A DNA stretch of 58,397 nucleotides from a virus (IMGVR_UViG_3300037153_000467:1-58397); one strand, 5' to 3'. Positions 16,974 to 25,382 are shown, numbered from the stretch's first letter. Numbers and translations: made by a program. Notes: generated from the letters alone by a model not told the origin.

Positions 16974-17161
16974 GCGCCACCAGCCTCTCCGCCGAGGTCG
17001 AGGTAGCCGAGCTCGTGGTCCTCGAGCTGCTTCAGGCCGCGGCCGAACCTATCCAGGATGCGGAAGTACGCCCGCTCCGAGCGTGGGTCGGTCAACACCG
17101 CGAGCCGTTGTAACAGCGCGGTTCGGTCGCGTCGCCGCTGCGAGCTCTTGAACGCCAACAT
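16970..17161 (-). CDS. Hypothetical protein, 63 aa
   Basis: Starts immediately after the HTH gene. Confidence 0.6.
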   Translation of the reverse strand: MLAFKSSQRRRDRTALLQRLAVLTDPRSERAYFRILDRFGRGLKQLEDHELGYLDLGGEAGGA

Positions 17162-17395
17162 CTACGCCGCTGCCTTCTTGGGCAGCGGCCCGAAGAACGT
17201 GGCGAGGTCGATCTTGAACGCCTTGCGACAGATGATGTTCAGCTTGGCGACCGAGAGGCTGTTCTTCCCTTGTTCGATGTAGTTCACGCCTTGCCTGGAC
17301 ATGCCTACGGTGTCAGCAACGTCTTGCAGCGTCAGGTGGCGATACTCTCGCCACCTGAGCATCCTAACGGCTAGCTCTCGATCGTTGTCGCTCAT
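17162..17395 (-). CDS. XRE/Cro-like HTH transcriptional regulator, 77 aa
   Basis: LTLQDVADTVGMSRQGVNYIEQG HTH motif. Confidence 0.9.
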   Translation of the reverse strand: MSDNDRELAVRMLRWREYRHLTLQDVADTVGMSRQGVNYIEQGKNSLSVAKLNIICRKAFKIDLATFFGPLPKKAAA

Positions 17396-17471
17396 GCCGG
17401 ATACGATGCACGATGTCGGTCTGTGTTTCAAGTCGCTTGACAAAAGGAGTCGACACCCGTATCCATCGAGC
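17396..17471. promoter_or_regulatory. Divergent sigma70-type promoters with palindrome TCAAG-N3-CTTGA (17428-17440)
   Basis: TTGACA-N17-TATCCA rightward and TTGAAA-N17-CATCGT leftward; both ATGs lie 6-7 nt after the -10 box (leaderless). Confidence 0.65.
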
Positions 17472-17783
17472 ATGGCCCGGAACGAATGGACGGAGACTCT
17501 GGACGTTGGCGTGAAGCGCAAGCTGACCCACCTGCGTGGGTTCTATGGCGATGGCGGCGAGAACGAAGGCGTGCTCGCAGTGACTGCTGTGCTGGATCCC
17601 AGTCCGCACTATCCCGATGTGGGGAGAATCATCGTCGGTTCGCCGAGCACCTCACCCTTGATCGAAGCATACCTCCCGAACCTCGGCGGGTTCTCGTGCA
17701 GCCCTGACGCGCTGGAACGTCTGATCGCGGTGCTGCAGCGAACGCTCGCCGACGTCCGCGTTGTCATCGACTCAACCCGCTGA
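17472..17783 (+). CDS. Hypothetical protein, 103 aa
   Basis: First gene of the rightward operon. Confidence 0.65.
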   Translation: MARNEWTETLDVGVKRKLTHLRGFYGDGGENEGVLAVTAVLDPSPHYPDVGRIIVGSPSTSPLIEAYLPNLGGFSCSPDALERLIAVLQRTLADVRVVIDSTR

Positions 17784-17856
17784 CCTCGCGCGTCACTGGA
17801 GCGCCGGTCTCGCACCGGCCCTGTGGTGTCGCCGCGCATGCGGCAAGGAGATGAAG

Positions 17857-18198
17857 ATGGCGAGCATCGAGGAGAGCGTTGTGGCGATGATCCCGCAGAT
17901 GGCTGCGGAGATCGGCGCCAAGATGAAGGAGCAGGCGTTCCGCAACATCGAGTACACGACCTCGCAGGCGATCGCCGACGAGGTCAAGAAGTACATCGTG
18001 GACGAGGTCATGCCGACGGTCCGGTCCGAGCTGGCCGCGCAGCACGAGGAGATCAAGGCCGCTGTTCTCGTCGCCGCACGCGGCATCGCCGCGAAGCTCG
18101 CGGAGTCGATGATCGAGAAGTTCACCGCCAAGCTCGCGAGCTACGAAGGCGATAAGCTAATCAAGGACGTCTTCGGCCCGTTCTTCAGGGGGTACTGA
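17857..18198 (+). CDS. Hypothetical helical protein
   Basis: AAGGAG RBS. Confidence 0.8.
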   Translation: MASIEESVVAMIPQMAAEIGAKMKEQAFRNIEYTTSQAIADEVKKYIVDEVMPTVRSELAAQHEEIKAAVLVAARGIAAKLAESMIEKFTAKLASYEGDKLIKDVFGPFFRGY

Positions 18199-18605
18199 TG
18201 ACCGACCTCGATCGCATCCGCGCGCTCTGCCAGAGCTTCATCGAGGAGGCCGAGCACCAGCGCGCCGAGGTCGGCGAGGCCGGCGCGCACGACGCGCTGC
18301 TCCGCGCGGACTCATGCCGCGTCGTGATCAAGGCGATCGACGCGTTCCCCGCGCTGACCTCGGTCGACCGGATCCCGCCGATGACCCGACTGACCATCGA
18401 CAACTACGCCCAGCATGGACTGCAGCCAGGGTCGGGCATCCGCGCCGTGCTCGAGGGCAACCTGTTCACCGCGATGGCGCGCTGCGACGAAGAGACAATC
18501 ATCGCGCTGCCGGCGATCGTGCGCTACATCAACGACGCGCTGCACCCGAGCATCTATGGCAGCCCCGAGGGGGTGTCGCGGTGGATCGCGAAGGTGAGGG
18601 CCTGA
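18198..18605 (+). CDS. Phage hypothetical protein (GLQPGSGIRAVLEGNL)
   Basis: Coupled ORF. Confidence 0.8.
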   Translation: MTDLDRIRALCQSFIEEAEHQRAEVGEAGAHDALLRADSCRVVIKAIDAFPALTSVDRIPPMTRLTIDNYAQHGLQPGSGIRAVLEGNLFTAMARCDEETIIALPAIVRYINDALHPSIYGSPEGVSRWIAKVRA

Positions 18606-18835
18606 TGAAGGACGTCAAGCGCAAGCTGTATGGCGCAAGAAAGGATATGGCGATCGCGCGCTACGAGCTGAGCAAAGGCCTGGAGGACCGCGAGGTGGCG
18701 CTCCGCGTATTCGACGTCGTCGGTGGGGATGCGCTCGTGTTTCTCACACCTGCCAAGGTCCGGTTGCTGATCTCCGACCTGCTCCCCCACAGCGGAATCG
18801 CCACCGTCGCCAAACGCAGGAGGTCGGGTAGATGA
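18605..18835 (+). CDS. Hypothetical protein
   Basis: Coupled ORF. Confidence 0.65.
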   Translation: MKDVKRKLYGARKDMAIARYELSKGLEDREVALRVFDVVGGDALVFLTPAKVRLLISDLLPHSGIATVAKRRRSGR

Positions 18836-19074
18836 CCATCTCCATCGTCATCCAGTCGTCGACCACAGTGACCGTCACCCGAGTCCCGGGATGGATCGGG
18901 CGCTGGCTGTTCGGCCATCAGGAGAGCACGCGCGAGGCGCGGCTCGTCGGCATCTGGCAATGGGCCTATGCCGACAACGACACGTTCGTCGAGCCGGCCG
19001 TCGAGGACGCGATCGACAAGGAACTCGACCGGCGCTCGAGGCCAGCGCGAACCGACGGCACGGTGCGGCGATGA
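18832..19074 (+). CDS. Hypothetical protein, 80 aa
   Basis: Coupled ORF with RBS. Confidence 0.7.
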   Translation: MTISIVIQSSTTVTVTRVPGWIGRWLFGHQESTREARLVGIWQWAYADNDTFVEPAVEDAIDKELDRRSRPARTDGTVRR

Positions 19075-19235
19075 ACGCGCGCACGCACCCGGCACCGACG
19101 CGAAACGATTTTCACATGTCGCTCCTCTGGCTGCGCAGCCTCGAGATCGCCGTCGGTCACTCGCCTGTGCTCATGCTGTCGGAGCTCGAGATGCGGGATC
19201 TGTTTCAGCGGTATCGCTCGCCGTGGAAGGGATAA
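19071..19235 (+). CDS. Small hypothetical protein
   Basis: ATGA coupling. Confidence 0.55.
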   Translation: MNARTHPAPTRNDFHMSLLWLRSLEIAVGHSPVLMLSELEMRDLFQRYRSPWKG

Positions 19236-19237
19236 CG

Positions 19238-19348
19238 ATGTTGCACTTCTGGCTTCGACTGCTCGACATCGCGCACACCATCCGCGCGCCGCGATGCGTG
19301 TATCTGTGGATTCTGCAACGCGCGTCCAACGCGACGAAGTGGGAGTGA
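19238..19348 (+). CDS. Small hypothetical protein, 36 aa
   Basis: RBS and tight packing. Confidence 0.5.
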   Translation: MLHFWLRLLDIAHTIRAPRCVYLWILQRASNATKWE

Positions 19349-19350
19349 CC

Positions 19351-20316
19351 ATGACCGACCTGCCACCCGCCCGCATCCTCGAGGTCAGCCCTGATTCCTA
19401 CCACCGTCTTCCCGGGTTCAGCGCCTCGCTCGCCAAGATCGTCATCTCGCGATCGGCGGCGCACGCAAAGGACGCCTACGACCGTCAGCTCGAGCGCATC
19501 GCCGACGAGGACGAGAGCGATGGCGACGAGGACATGCCCGCCGACAAGCGCAAGCGGCTCGACAGCGGGAACATCTACCATGCGCTGGTGCTCGGCATTG
19601 GCAAGCGGATCGAGATCATCCCGCAGACCATCCTCGCCAAGAACGGCGCGATCAGCACCGCCGACGCTAAGGCGTTGGTCAAGGCCGCGCGCGACTCCGG
19701 CAGGATCCCGGTGAAGGAGGCTGACCTCGAGATCCACCAGCAGGTCGCGAACGCGATGAAGGCGCGCATCGCCGCCGCCGGGCACGTGCTCGACGGAACC
19801 AGCGAGCTCGCGATCGAGTGGTGGGAGCAGACGCCTCACGGCCCGGTGCAATGCCGCAGCATGATGGATCACGTGGTCGTGTGGGGAGTTCCGCTCAACA
19901 CGGCAGGGATCGTGACGTCGAACCAGGGAGCTCCTGGCGCGATCATCTACGACCTCAAGACCTGCGGTGATGCGCACCCGGAGCGCTGCATGCGCACGGC
20001 AGAGAGCTTCGGCTACGCGATCGCGGCCTGCGCCTACGAGCGCGCGCTCACAGCGCTCTACCCGCAGCTCGGGGGCCGCATCCACTTTCAGTTCCTGTGG
20101 TGCGAGACGCGCAGGCCCTATGCCCTGTGGGATCCGCACCGCCTCAGCGGTGCATTCCGCGAGATCGGCGAGCGCCGGTGGGTCCGCGCGCGGAACGCAT
20201 GGGCCGAGGTCCTCGCGACCGGCAAGGCGCCGAGCTACCGCGAGATGGGCCACAACGAGATGACGGCGCCGATGTGGACGCTGAGGAGCGAGGGATATGC
20301 TAGTGACGAGCTCTGA
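19351..20316 (+). CDS. RecE/exonuclease VIII-like PD-(D/E)XK nuclease (DUF3799-like)
   Basis: YH...SAS, G..YHALVL, CRSMMD, IYDLKT and GY...A.Y motifs. Confidence 0.85.
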   Translation: MTDLPPARILEVSPDSYHRLPGFSASLAKIVISRSAAHAKDAYDRQLERIADEDESDGDEDMPADKRKRLDSGNIYHALVLGIGKRIEIIPQTILAKNGAISTADAKALVKAARDSGRIPVKEADLEIHQQVANAMKARIAAAGHVLDGTSELAIEWWEQTPHGPVQCRSMMDHVVVWGVPLNTAGIVTSNQGAPGAIIYDLKTCGDAHPERCMRTAESFGYAIAACAYERALTALYPQLGGRIHFQFLWCETRRPYALWDPHRLSGAFREIGERRWVRARNAWAEVLATGKAPSYREMGHNEMTAPMWTLRSEGYASDEL

Positions 20317-20833
20317 ACACTCAGCCAGGACGATCCAGTTGTCTCGTGGCCTGGTCGGGGTCGTCGATGCGGCCGATTTCGATTTGGTGTCGCAGTTCAA
20401 ATGGCATGTCGTAAAGCGAGAACGAGATGGCAGGTATCACGTTATGCGTTCCGTCAAGTCCAAGGGGAAGCGACAGACAATATACTTGCACCGCTGGCTG
20501 ATGAAGCCACCCGATGACATGGAGGTCGATCATCGCAACGGCGATGGGCTGGATAACCGAAGGAGCAATCTTAGGGTCTGCACGCGGGCTCAGAACGCGA
20601 GGAATTTCCGACGCGACAGCCCGAAGAAATCGAGCAGATTCCACGGCGTATCATGGAGCCGATCCAAGAATCGATGGGTCGTTGTGATCTGTGCTGGAGA
20701 TGGCGTTTCTCGCGCGAAACAGAAGTACATCGGCGTGTTTCGCGATGAAGCGGAGGCCGCACGCGCCTACGATGCTGCGGCTCGCAAATATCATGGCGAC
20801 TTCGCCGTCACCAACTTTGAGGATTGCCAATGA
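20297..20833 (+). CDS. HNH endonuclease with AP2 domain
   Basis: VDHRNGDGLDNRRSNLR; SRFHGVSW...YIGVF..EAEAARAYD. Confidence 0.93.
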   Translation: MLVTSSEHSARTIQLSRGLVGVVDAADFDLVSQFKWHVVKRERDGRYHVMRSVKSKGKRQTIYLHRWLMKPPDDMEVDHRNGDGLDNRRSNLRVCTRAQNARNFRRDSPKKSSRFHGVSWSRSKNRWVVVICAGDGVSRAKQKYIGVFRDEAEAARAYDAAARKYHGDFAVTNFEDCQ

Positions 20834-21900
20834 CCAGGACTTTCGATAGTGGACCGGCCCGAAGAGAACGCTCGCCGCTCGCGCTAGGCATCGTTGGCCC
20901 GTCCGGATCCGGAAAGACCCTGAGCGCGATCTTGCTGTGCGAGGGCATGGCGCGGGTCTCCGGCGGCGACACATGGCTGATTGACACCAACAACCGGCGC
21001 TCGCTCCACCACGCCGATGATCACAAGTTTTGCGTGGTGCATATGCCGCCGCCGTACTCGCCGGCGGACTGGCGAGCCGCCTGCCAGCATGCGATCGACA
21101 AGGGCGCACGCCGGATCATCCCAGACTCGATCTCCGACTTACACGAGGGGGAAGGAGGCATCCTAGACATGCACGAGGCGTACATCGATGAGAAGACGAA
21201 GGGCTCTGACGATTGGAAACTTCGTGACAAGTACAACATGAGTGCATGGAAGTTCGTGAAGCGCGAACAGCTCAAGCTCAAGCTCTGGATGTTCCAACAG
21301 CCGGTCGACTGGGTATTTACATTCCGTGCCAAGGAGAAAATCAAGCTCGAGGCCGGTGGCAAACCGGTCGACATGGGATGGCAGCCGCTCGGTCCAGAGG
21401 AGCTAATCTATGAGCTCCTGTTCAAGTGCCTACTGCGACCACAGGCCGATGGTCGTCCGGTATGGACGTCGAGCATCATCCACGAACAAGCCCTGATGAA
21501 GCTGCCGGGTTGGTTTCGTGGGCTGTTTGCGAACAACCCACCGCTGAGCGCAGACATCGGCGAGCAGCTCGCGCGCTGGGCCGCCGGCGCCGACCTTTCT
21601 GCGCCGTCGTCTACCGCGACGTCAAGCCGGACAACATCATCCGCGCCTGTCCCGCTTGCCGACCGCTTCGACACCTGCACCACGCACCGCGACTTCGTGG
21701 CGCTCGAGGCAGAGATGCGCGCGGACTGGGACAGGATCCCTAAGGGCGCGCCGCGCACGAGGGTGACAGAGGCATTCCGCCGCGCGAAGGATCGGTGTCA
21801 GCCTGCACCGAGCTCTACGCCGTCAACCGATGCTACGACCGCGATCGACCCCGATGAGGCCGCGGAGATCCTGCGCAAGGAGGCGTCCTCGTCCGAGTAG
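20830..21900 (+). CDS. Sak4-like AAA ATPase (recombination)
   Basis: GPSGSGKT Walker A, IDT and DSIS motifs; adjacent to the exonuclease. Confidence 0.85.
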   Translation: MTRTFDSGPARRERSPLALGIVGPSGSGKTLSAILLCEGMARVSGGDTWLIDTNNRRSLHHADDHKFCVVHMPPPYSPADWRAACQHAIDKGARRIIPDSISDLHEGEGGILDMHEAYIDEKTKGSDDWKLRDKYNMSAWKFVKREQLKLKLWMFQQPVDWVFTFRAKEKIKLEAGGKPVDMGWQPLGPEELIYELLFKCLLRPQADGRPVWTSSIIHEQALMKLPGWFRGLFANNPPLSADIGEQLARWAAGADLSAPSSTATSSRTTSSAPVPLADRFDTCTTHRDFVALEAEMRADWDRIPKGAPRTRVTEAFRRAKDRCQPAPSSTPSTDATTAIDPDEAAEILRKEASSSE

Positions 21901-22012
21901 GTTTGGCAGCGCGCCGTGCACGCTCGGGGTGCTGGCCATCGGCGCGGACAAAGGCAGGGAGCGGGACACCCTGTGCCAAAGCGAGCCCGTCCCCCGCGTT
22001 GTGCGGGGTGCT

Positions 22013-22085
22013 GCATCGGTAGCTCAGCGGATAGAGCAGCCGTTTCCTGAACGGTGGGTCGCAGGTTCGAGCCCTGCCCGATGCA
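22013..22085 (+). tRNA. tRNA-Arg, anticodon CCT
   Basis: Full cloverleaf: acceptor GCATCGG/CCGATGC, D arm GCTC/GAGC, anticodon loop TTCCTGA, T loop TTCGAGC; CCA not encoded. Confidence 0.92.
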
Positions 22086-22100
22086 CGGAGGTATTGAGAT

Positions 22101-22292
22101 ATGGAACAGTTCAACGGAGTGAAAACGTTCTCTGCAACGAAGTTCCAGGATCGCGATGCGCTCGGCGAGCAGATCACGCGCTGGCTCGAGATCAACCGAG
22201 GCATCACGATCGTCGACAAGACGGTCACGCAGTCGAGCGACGAGGCGTTCCACTGCCTGACGATCACGCTGTTCTACAACCGGGGTGTGTGA
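22101..22292 (+). CDS. Small protein resembling conserved myxobacterial proteins (VKTFSATK...QSSDEAFHCLTI)
   Basis: GGAGGT RBS; motif recalled from Myxococcota hypothetical proteins. Confidence 0.75.
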   Translation: MEQFNGVKTFSATKFQDRDALGEQITRWLEINRGITIVDKTVTQSSDEAFHCLTITLFYNRGV

Positions 22293-22486
22293 TGCCGAAG
22301 GACGAGCGACGCACGAGCTACGGAGCCAAGCCGCGCAAGGCCACCGAGGTGTTCCTCGCCGCGGAGCGCGACAGCGACAGCATCACCGTGTCGGCACTGG
22401 CCGAGCGGTTCGGCTGCTCGCGGGCATCGATCTCGACCGCGATCAAGCGGATGAGACAGGAGATCGCGGGAAGGAAGGCGGCATGA
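22292..22486 (+). CDS. Small HTH protein
   Basis: TVSALAERFGCSRASISTAIKRM. Confidence 0.75.
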   Translation: MPKDERRTSYGAKPRKATEVFLAAERDSDSITVSALAERFGCSRASISTAIKRMRQEIAGRKAA

Positions 22487-22905
22487 CCGCGCTCGACCCC
22501 GCACTCTGCGCCAGGCTGGTGAGCGAGGCGAGGGAGGACGACGCGAAGATGACACCGGGGCCGTGGACGCACGACGACGTTGCCGGAGAGGTCCATGGAG
22601 ATGGGGCACACGAGCAAGGCCCCGTGCTCATCGCTCGCGTCGGAGACGAATCGCTGTGCTGGGACTGTGGCGCCATTGCCCGCACGCGCAACAACCTCCG
22701 CGCTCTCGCCGACCAGCTCGAGGCGGCGCTGGCGGAGATAGAGGAACTACGCTGCCTCGACATGTGCGCGTTCGTGGACGGTGAGCTCGACCAGGCGCGG
22801 GCCGACAAGTTCCGCGCCCACCTCGCGCGGTGCGAGCTCTGCCAGCGCGGCGTGGTCGCGAACATGGAGCTCGCAGCGCGATTCAGCGATGCCAAGTCGA
22901 GGTAG
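22483..22905 (+). CDS. Ead/Ea22-like N-terminus fused to a zf-HC2 (ZAS anti-sigma) zinc finger
   Basis: Paralog of 3931-4377; AFVDGEL...FRAHLARCELC. Confidence 0.75.
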   Translation: MTALDPALCARLVSEAREDDAKMTPGPWTHDDVAGEVHGDGAHEQGPVLIARVGDESLCWDCGAIARTRNNLRALADQLEAALAEIEELRCLDMCAFVDGELDQARADKFRAHLARCELCQRGVVANMELAARFSDAKSR

Positions 22906-22987
22906 CATGCAGGGACTCGGTGTCCCGGTGACCGCGTGTCGGAGCGCGCGACGACCGGGGCACCGAAAGCCTCGAAAGGAATGAGAG

Positions 22988-23335
22988 ATGAAGACCAGGA
23001 TTCCCGCAATCATTGCAGTCATCATGCTCGGCGCATGCACCGCCGAGCCCACCGGCACGTCACGTCTTGAGCAGAGCCTGTGCATGCTCAACCCGGAAAC
23101 GGGGCAGTGCTACACGACGCAGGAGATCGCGCTGCAAATGTCGATCGACGACGTGCAATCGGAATATGACGCGACAGACGTGGCACCGTCGTACGGGTGC
23201 ATCGGTCCGAGTCCGCTCACCTGCGGCGTGACCGGCTATGTGCCTGGTCTCGGACTCGTATACTTCCTTTGTCACGTCTACTACAACCCCAACGGCAGCG
23301 TGAATCACGTGAGTTGCGCAGTGGGGGCATCATGA
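22988..23335 (+). CDS. Cys-rich lipoprotein
   Basis: Signal peptide with lipobox LGAC; six further Cys. Confidence 0.8.
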   Translation: MKTRIPAIIAVIMLGACTAEPTGTSRLEQSLCMLNPETGQCYTTQEIALQMSIDDVQSEYDATDVAPSYGCIGPSPLTCGVTGYVPGLGLVYFLCHVYYNPNGSVNHVSCAVGAS

Positions 23336-23532
23336 AGACGAGGGCAAGGCTGCTACTCAACTCCGAGACGATTCGCCTGCTCTCGTCGCAACAGCTGGAG
23401 TCCGCCGTCGGCGGACTGCCCGGCAGTCGCGAGCTCACATGCAGGGACGGCGGTTGCGTAGAGGACCCCAAGGGCGTGTGTGCTTCCCGCAACAGCGCAC
23501 ATAGCTGCCCGACGATCGACCCGCCCAAGTGA
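23332..23532 (+). CDS. RiPP/lanthipeptide-like precursor peptide 2, 66 aa: MKTRARLLLNSETIRLLSSQQLESAVGG|LPGSRELTCRDGGCVEDPKGVCASRNSAHSCPTIDPPK
   Basis: ATGA-coupled to the lipoprotein gene; double-glycine leader; core with 4 Cys and 6 Ser/Thr. Confidence 0.82.
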   Translation: MKTRARLLLNSETIRLLSSQQLESAVGGLPGSRELTCRDGGCVEDPKGVCASRNSAHSCPTIDPPK

Positions 23533-23546
23533 CATTGGCCGAGCTG

Positions 23547-23669
23547 CTACTGCGAGTGAGCGTCCGCTAGAGCGCGCACTGCGGCAGACAGCAGCTCGAA
23601 CACGGCCAACACCAGCTCGAGGAGGATCGCCCCGGCGATCATCGGCAACATCAGCGGATCGCCGGTCAC
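23547..23669 (-). CDS. Small single-TM protein
   Basis: GTGA-coupled to the endolysin; hydrophobic. Confidence 0.5.
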   Translation of the reverse strand: MTGDPLMLPMIAGAILLELVLAVFELLSAAVRALADAHSQ

Positions 23670-24532
23670 GGAGTCACCGCCCGCGCGGTCCCACCGGGAA
23701 CATCGCGCCACCGCGCGAACCCCTGCCGCCTCGCCTCGGCCAGCGAGGCCGGGCCCGCCAGACCGTCGACTACCAGCTGGCCACCGTGGGCGTTGAGCCA
23801 GCTCTGCCGAGCGCGACCGAGTTCGAGGTCCTGGCCTCGCGCGTAGTCGAGCGCCTCGGCGCCGCCGGCGACATGAGCCGCCACGAGCGCGTCGCCGGCG
23901 TCTCCGCGGCCACGCTCGGAGGTCTGGTCTCGATGCTGGATGATTCCCGTGATGTCCCCGCAGCGCGATTGCACACGCCCGTCGTGCTCCGCCGTCTTGC
24001 GCCCGGTCTCGCAGCGCGCGAGCGGCGCGTTGCGATACGGCACGCCGTGGACTTGGTGCGGCGTGTGGATCTGCTGGCACAGCACACGGTGAAATACCGC
24101 CGAGGCGTCGATGGTCGCTTGATAGATCTCGCCGCGCGGGGTGGTGCAGTGCTCGACGCCGATCGATCCGTCATTGGCGAGTTCGGCGTGGTACGCGGCG
24201 CAGTACCAGAGGTCGCCGAGGATGTAGATGACGCCGTCGAAGTCGATCAGGACCGGGGCCGCGCTGTGGATCCGCCTGCCGTCCCCGCGATCTTGACCGC
24301 TCCACATCTTCGCGATCAGCTCCGCGTGGCCGCTCGGACCGGCGCCCGGCAGCACCGGTTGGGGCCAATGCCCCCCGGTTGTGTGGTCGAGGATGAAGTG
24401 CGGGCGACCTTGGCGCGCGCGGTAGTCGCCGGGGTCGAGCGCCGCCCAGTGCGGACCGCCGTGGCTCGCTGGCGGGATGATGGTCAGCCCGGGGACGGGG
24501 ACCAGGTCGCCGGCGATCAGGAGTCCGGTCAC
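23666..24532 (-). CDS. Endolysin, N-acetylmuramoyl-L-alanine amidase with C-terminal PG-binding-like motif
   Basis: ILDHTT, IDFDGVIY, AYHA, SIGVE, QHRD and VDGLAGP motifs. Confidence 0.85.
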   Translation of the reverse strand: MTGLLIAGDLVPVPGLTIIPPASHGGPHWAALDPGDYRARQGRPHFILDHTTGGHWPQPVLPGAGPSGHAELIAKMWSGQDRGDGRRIHSAAPVLIDFDGVIYILGDLWYCAAYHAELANDGSIGVEHCTTPRGEIYQATIDASAVFHRVLCQQIHTPHQVHGVPYRNAPLARCETGRKTAEHDGRVQSRCGDITGIIQHRDQTSERGRGDAGDALVAAHVAGGAEALDYARGQDLELGRARQSWLNAHGGQLVVDGLAGPASLAEARRQGFARWRDVPGGTARAVTP

Positions 24533-25137
24533 GACGCCTCGGGCGGCCAGCCGAGCTCGCCGCGTGTCGCCGCCCAGCCGGTACGCAGACCGGCGCCGTC
24601 GATCGCGAGCGCGGCCGCGGCGGGCGCACCTGGTGCCGCTGGCGTCGGGACAGCCAGCGCGGCGATCGCCGCGTCGAACGCGCACCGCCCGAGGTCGCTC
24701 TTGAGCGGCGCGGCATCGGCCTTGATCCCGGCGAGGTCGACGTGGCCATCGCCGGCGATCCATCGCATCACCGCACTCTTGGCGATCGCGATCGCGTCGG
24801 GCAGCAGCGGGATCAGGTTCGGGGCCTGGCAGTCCAGGAACGCGCCGGCGGCCGCTGAGCCGCGCTGTCGCGCGCTCGAGCACGCGATCTGCGGGGCGAC
24901 GAGGAGTCCGGCCAGGAGCAGCGCGCCGGCTGTCTTGACGAGAGTGCGCGACACCTTGTATCCGAGCGCGGTGAGAACGGTGGCAGCCATGCCGGCGATC
25001 GCGAGCGCGACGTTGTTCGTGAGCGCGCCGCTCGCGAACAATGCGGTCAGCAAGGTCGCCAGCATGCTGAGCCAGAATTCGGTGGTCTTGTAGCCGGGTT
25101 TCGTCGGAGTCGGTGCGGGATCGGTCGTGTCGGTCAT
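24529..25137 (-). CDS. Holin-like membrane protein with lipoprotein-like C-terminal region
   Basis: KPGYKTTEFWL plus two TM helices, then a third hydrophobic stretch ending IAC; next to the endolysin. Confidence 0.65.
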   Translation of the reverse strand: MTDTTDPAPTPTKPGYKTTEFWLSMLATLLTALFASGALTNNVALAIAGMAATVLTALGYKVSRTLVKTAGALLLAGLLVAPQIACSSARQRGSAAAGAFLDCQAPNLIPLLPDAIAIAKSAVMRWIAGDGHVDLAGIKADAAPLKSDLGRCAFDAAIAALAVPTPAAPGAPAAAALAIDGAGLRTGWAATRGELGWPPEAS

Positions 25138-25382
25138 GGCGAGGTCCTTTCAGTGGTAGCAGGGGAGTCGGCGCCCGCATCGGCCGGGCTCAGTGGCGAG
25201 GTGGAGCTGCATTTCCCGAACGAGCAGAACTTGCATCGCATCAGGATGTCGCCGCTGCATTCGAGGTTCGAGTTGCAGGTCGCGTTGCAGCTCAGCGGGC
25301 TCGGTCGTGGCGCGTCAGCAGGCGTCCCTGGCGACAGCACGTCGCAGCCGCAGAGCGCCAGAATCAGGATGATGGTACGCAT
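25134..25382 (-). CDS. Small Cys-rich lipoprotein (possible spanin component)
   Basis: MRTIILILALCGC lipobox; Pro-rich linker; six Cys in the mature domain. Confidence 0.65.
   Translation of the reverse strand: MRTIILILALCGCDVLSPGTPADAPRPSPLSCNATCNSNLECSGDILMRCKFCSFGKCSSTSPLSPADAGADSPATTERTSP

Noticed and set aside
22013-22085. tRNA as an attP site
   Set aside because: No integrase was recognised and no duplicated tRNA 3' end was seen.
25134-25382. Cys-rich ORF as a fourth RiPP precursor
   Set aside because: It has a hydrophobic signal with a lipobox and not the ETxRxL/GG leader.
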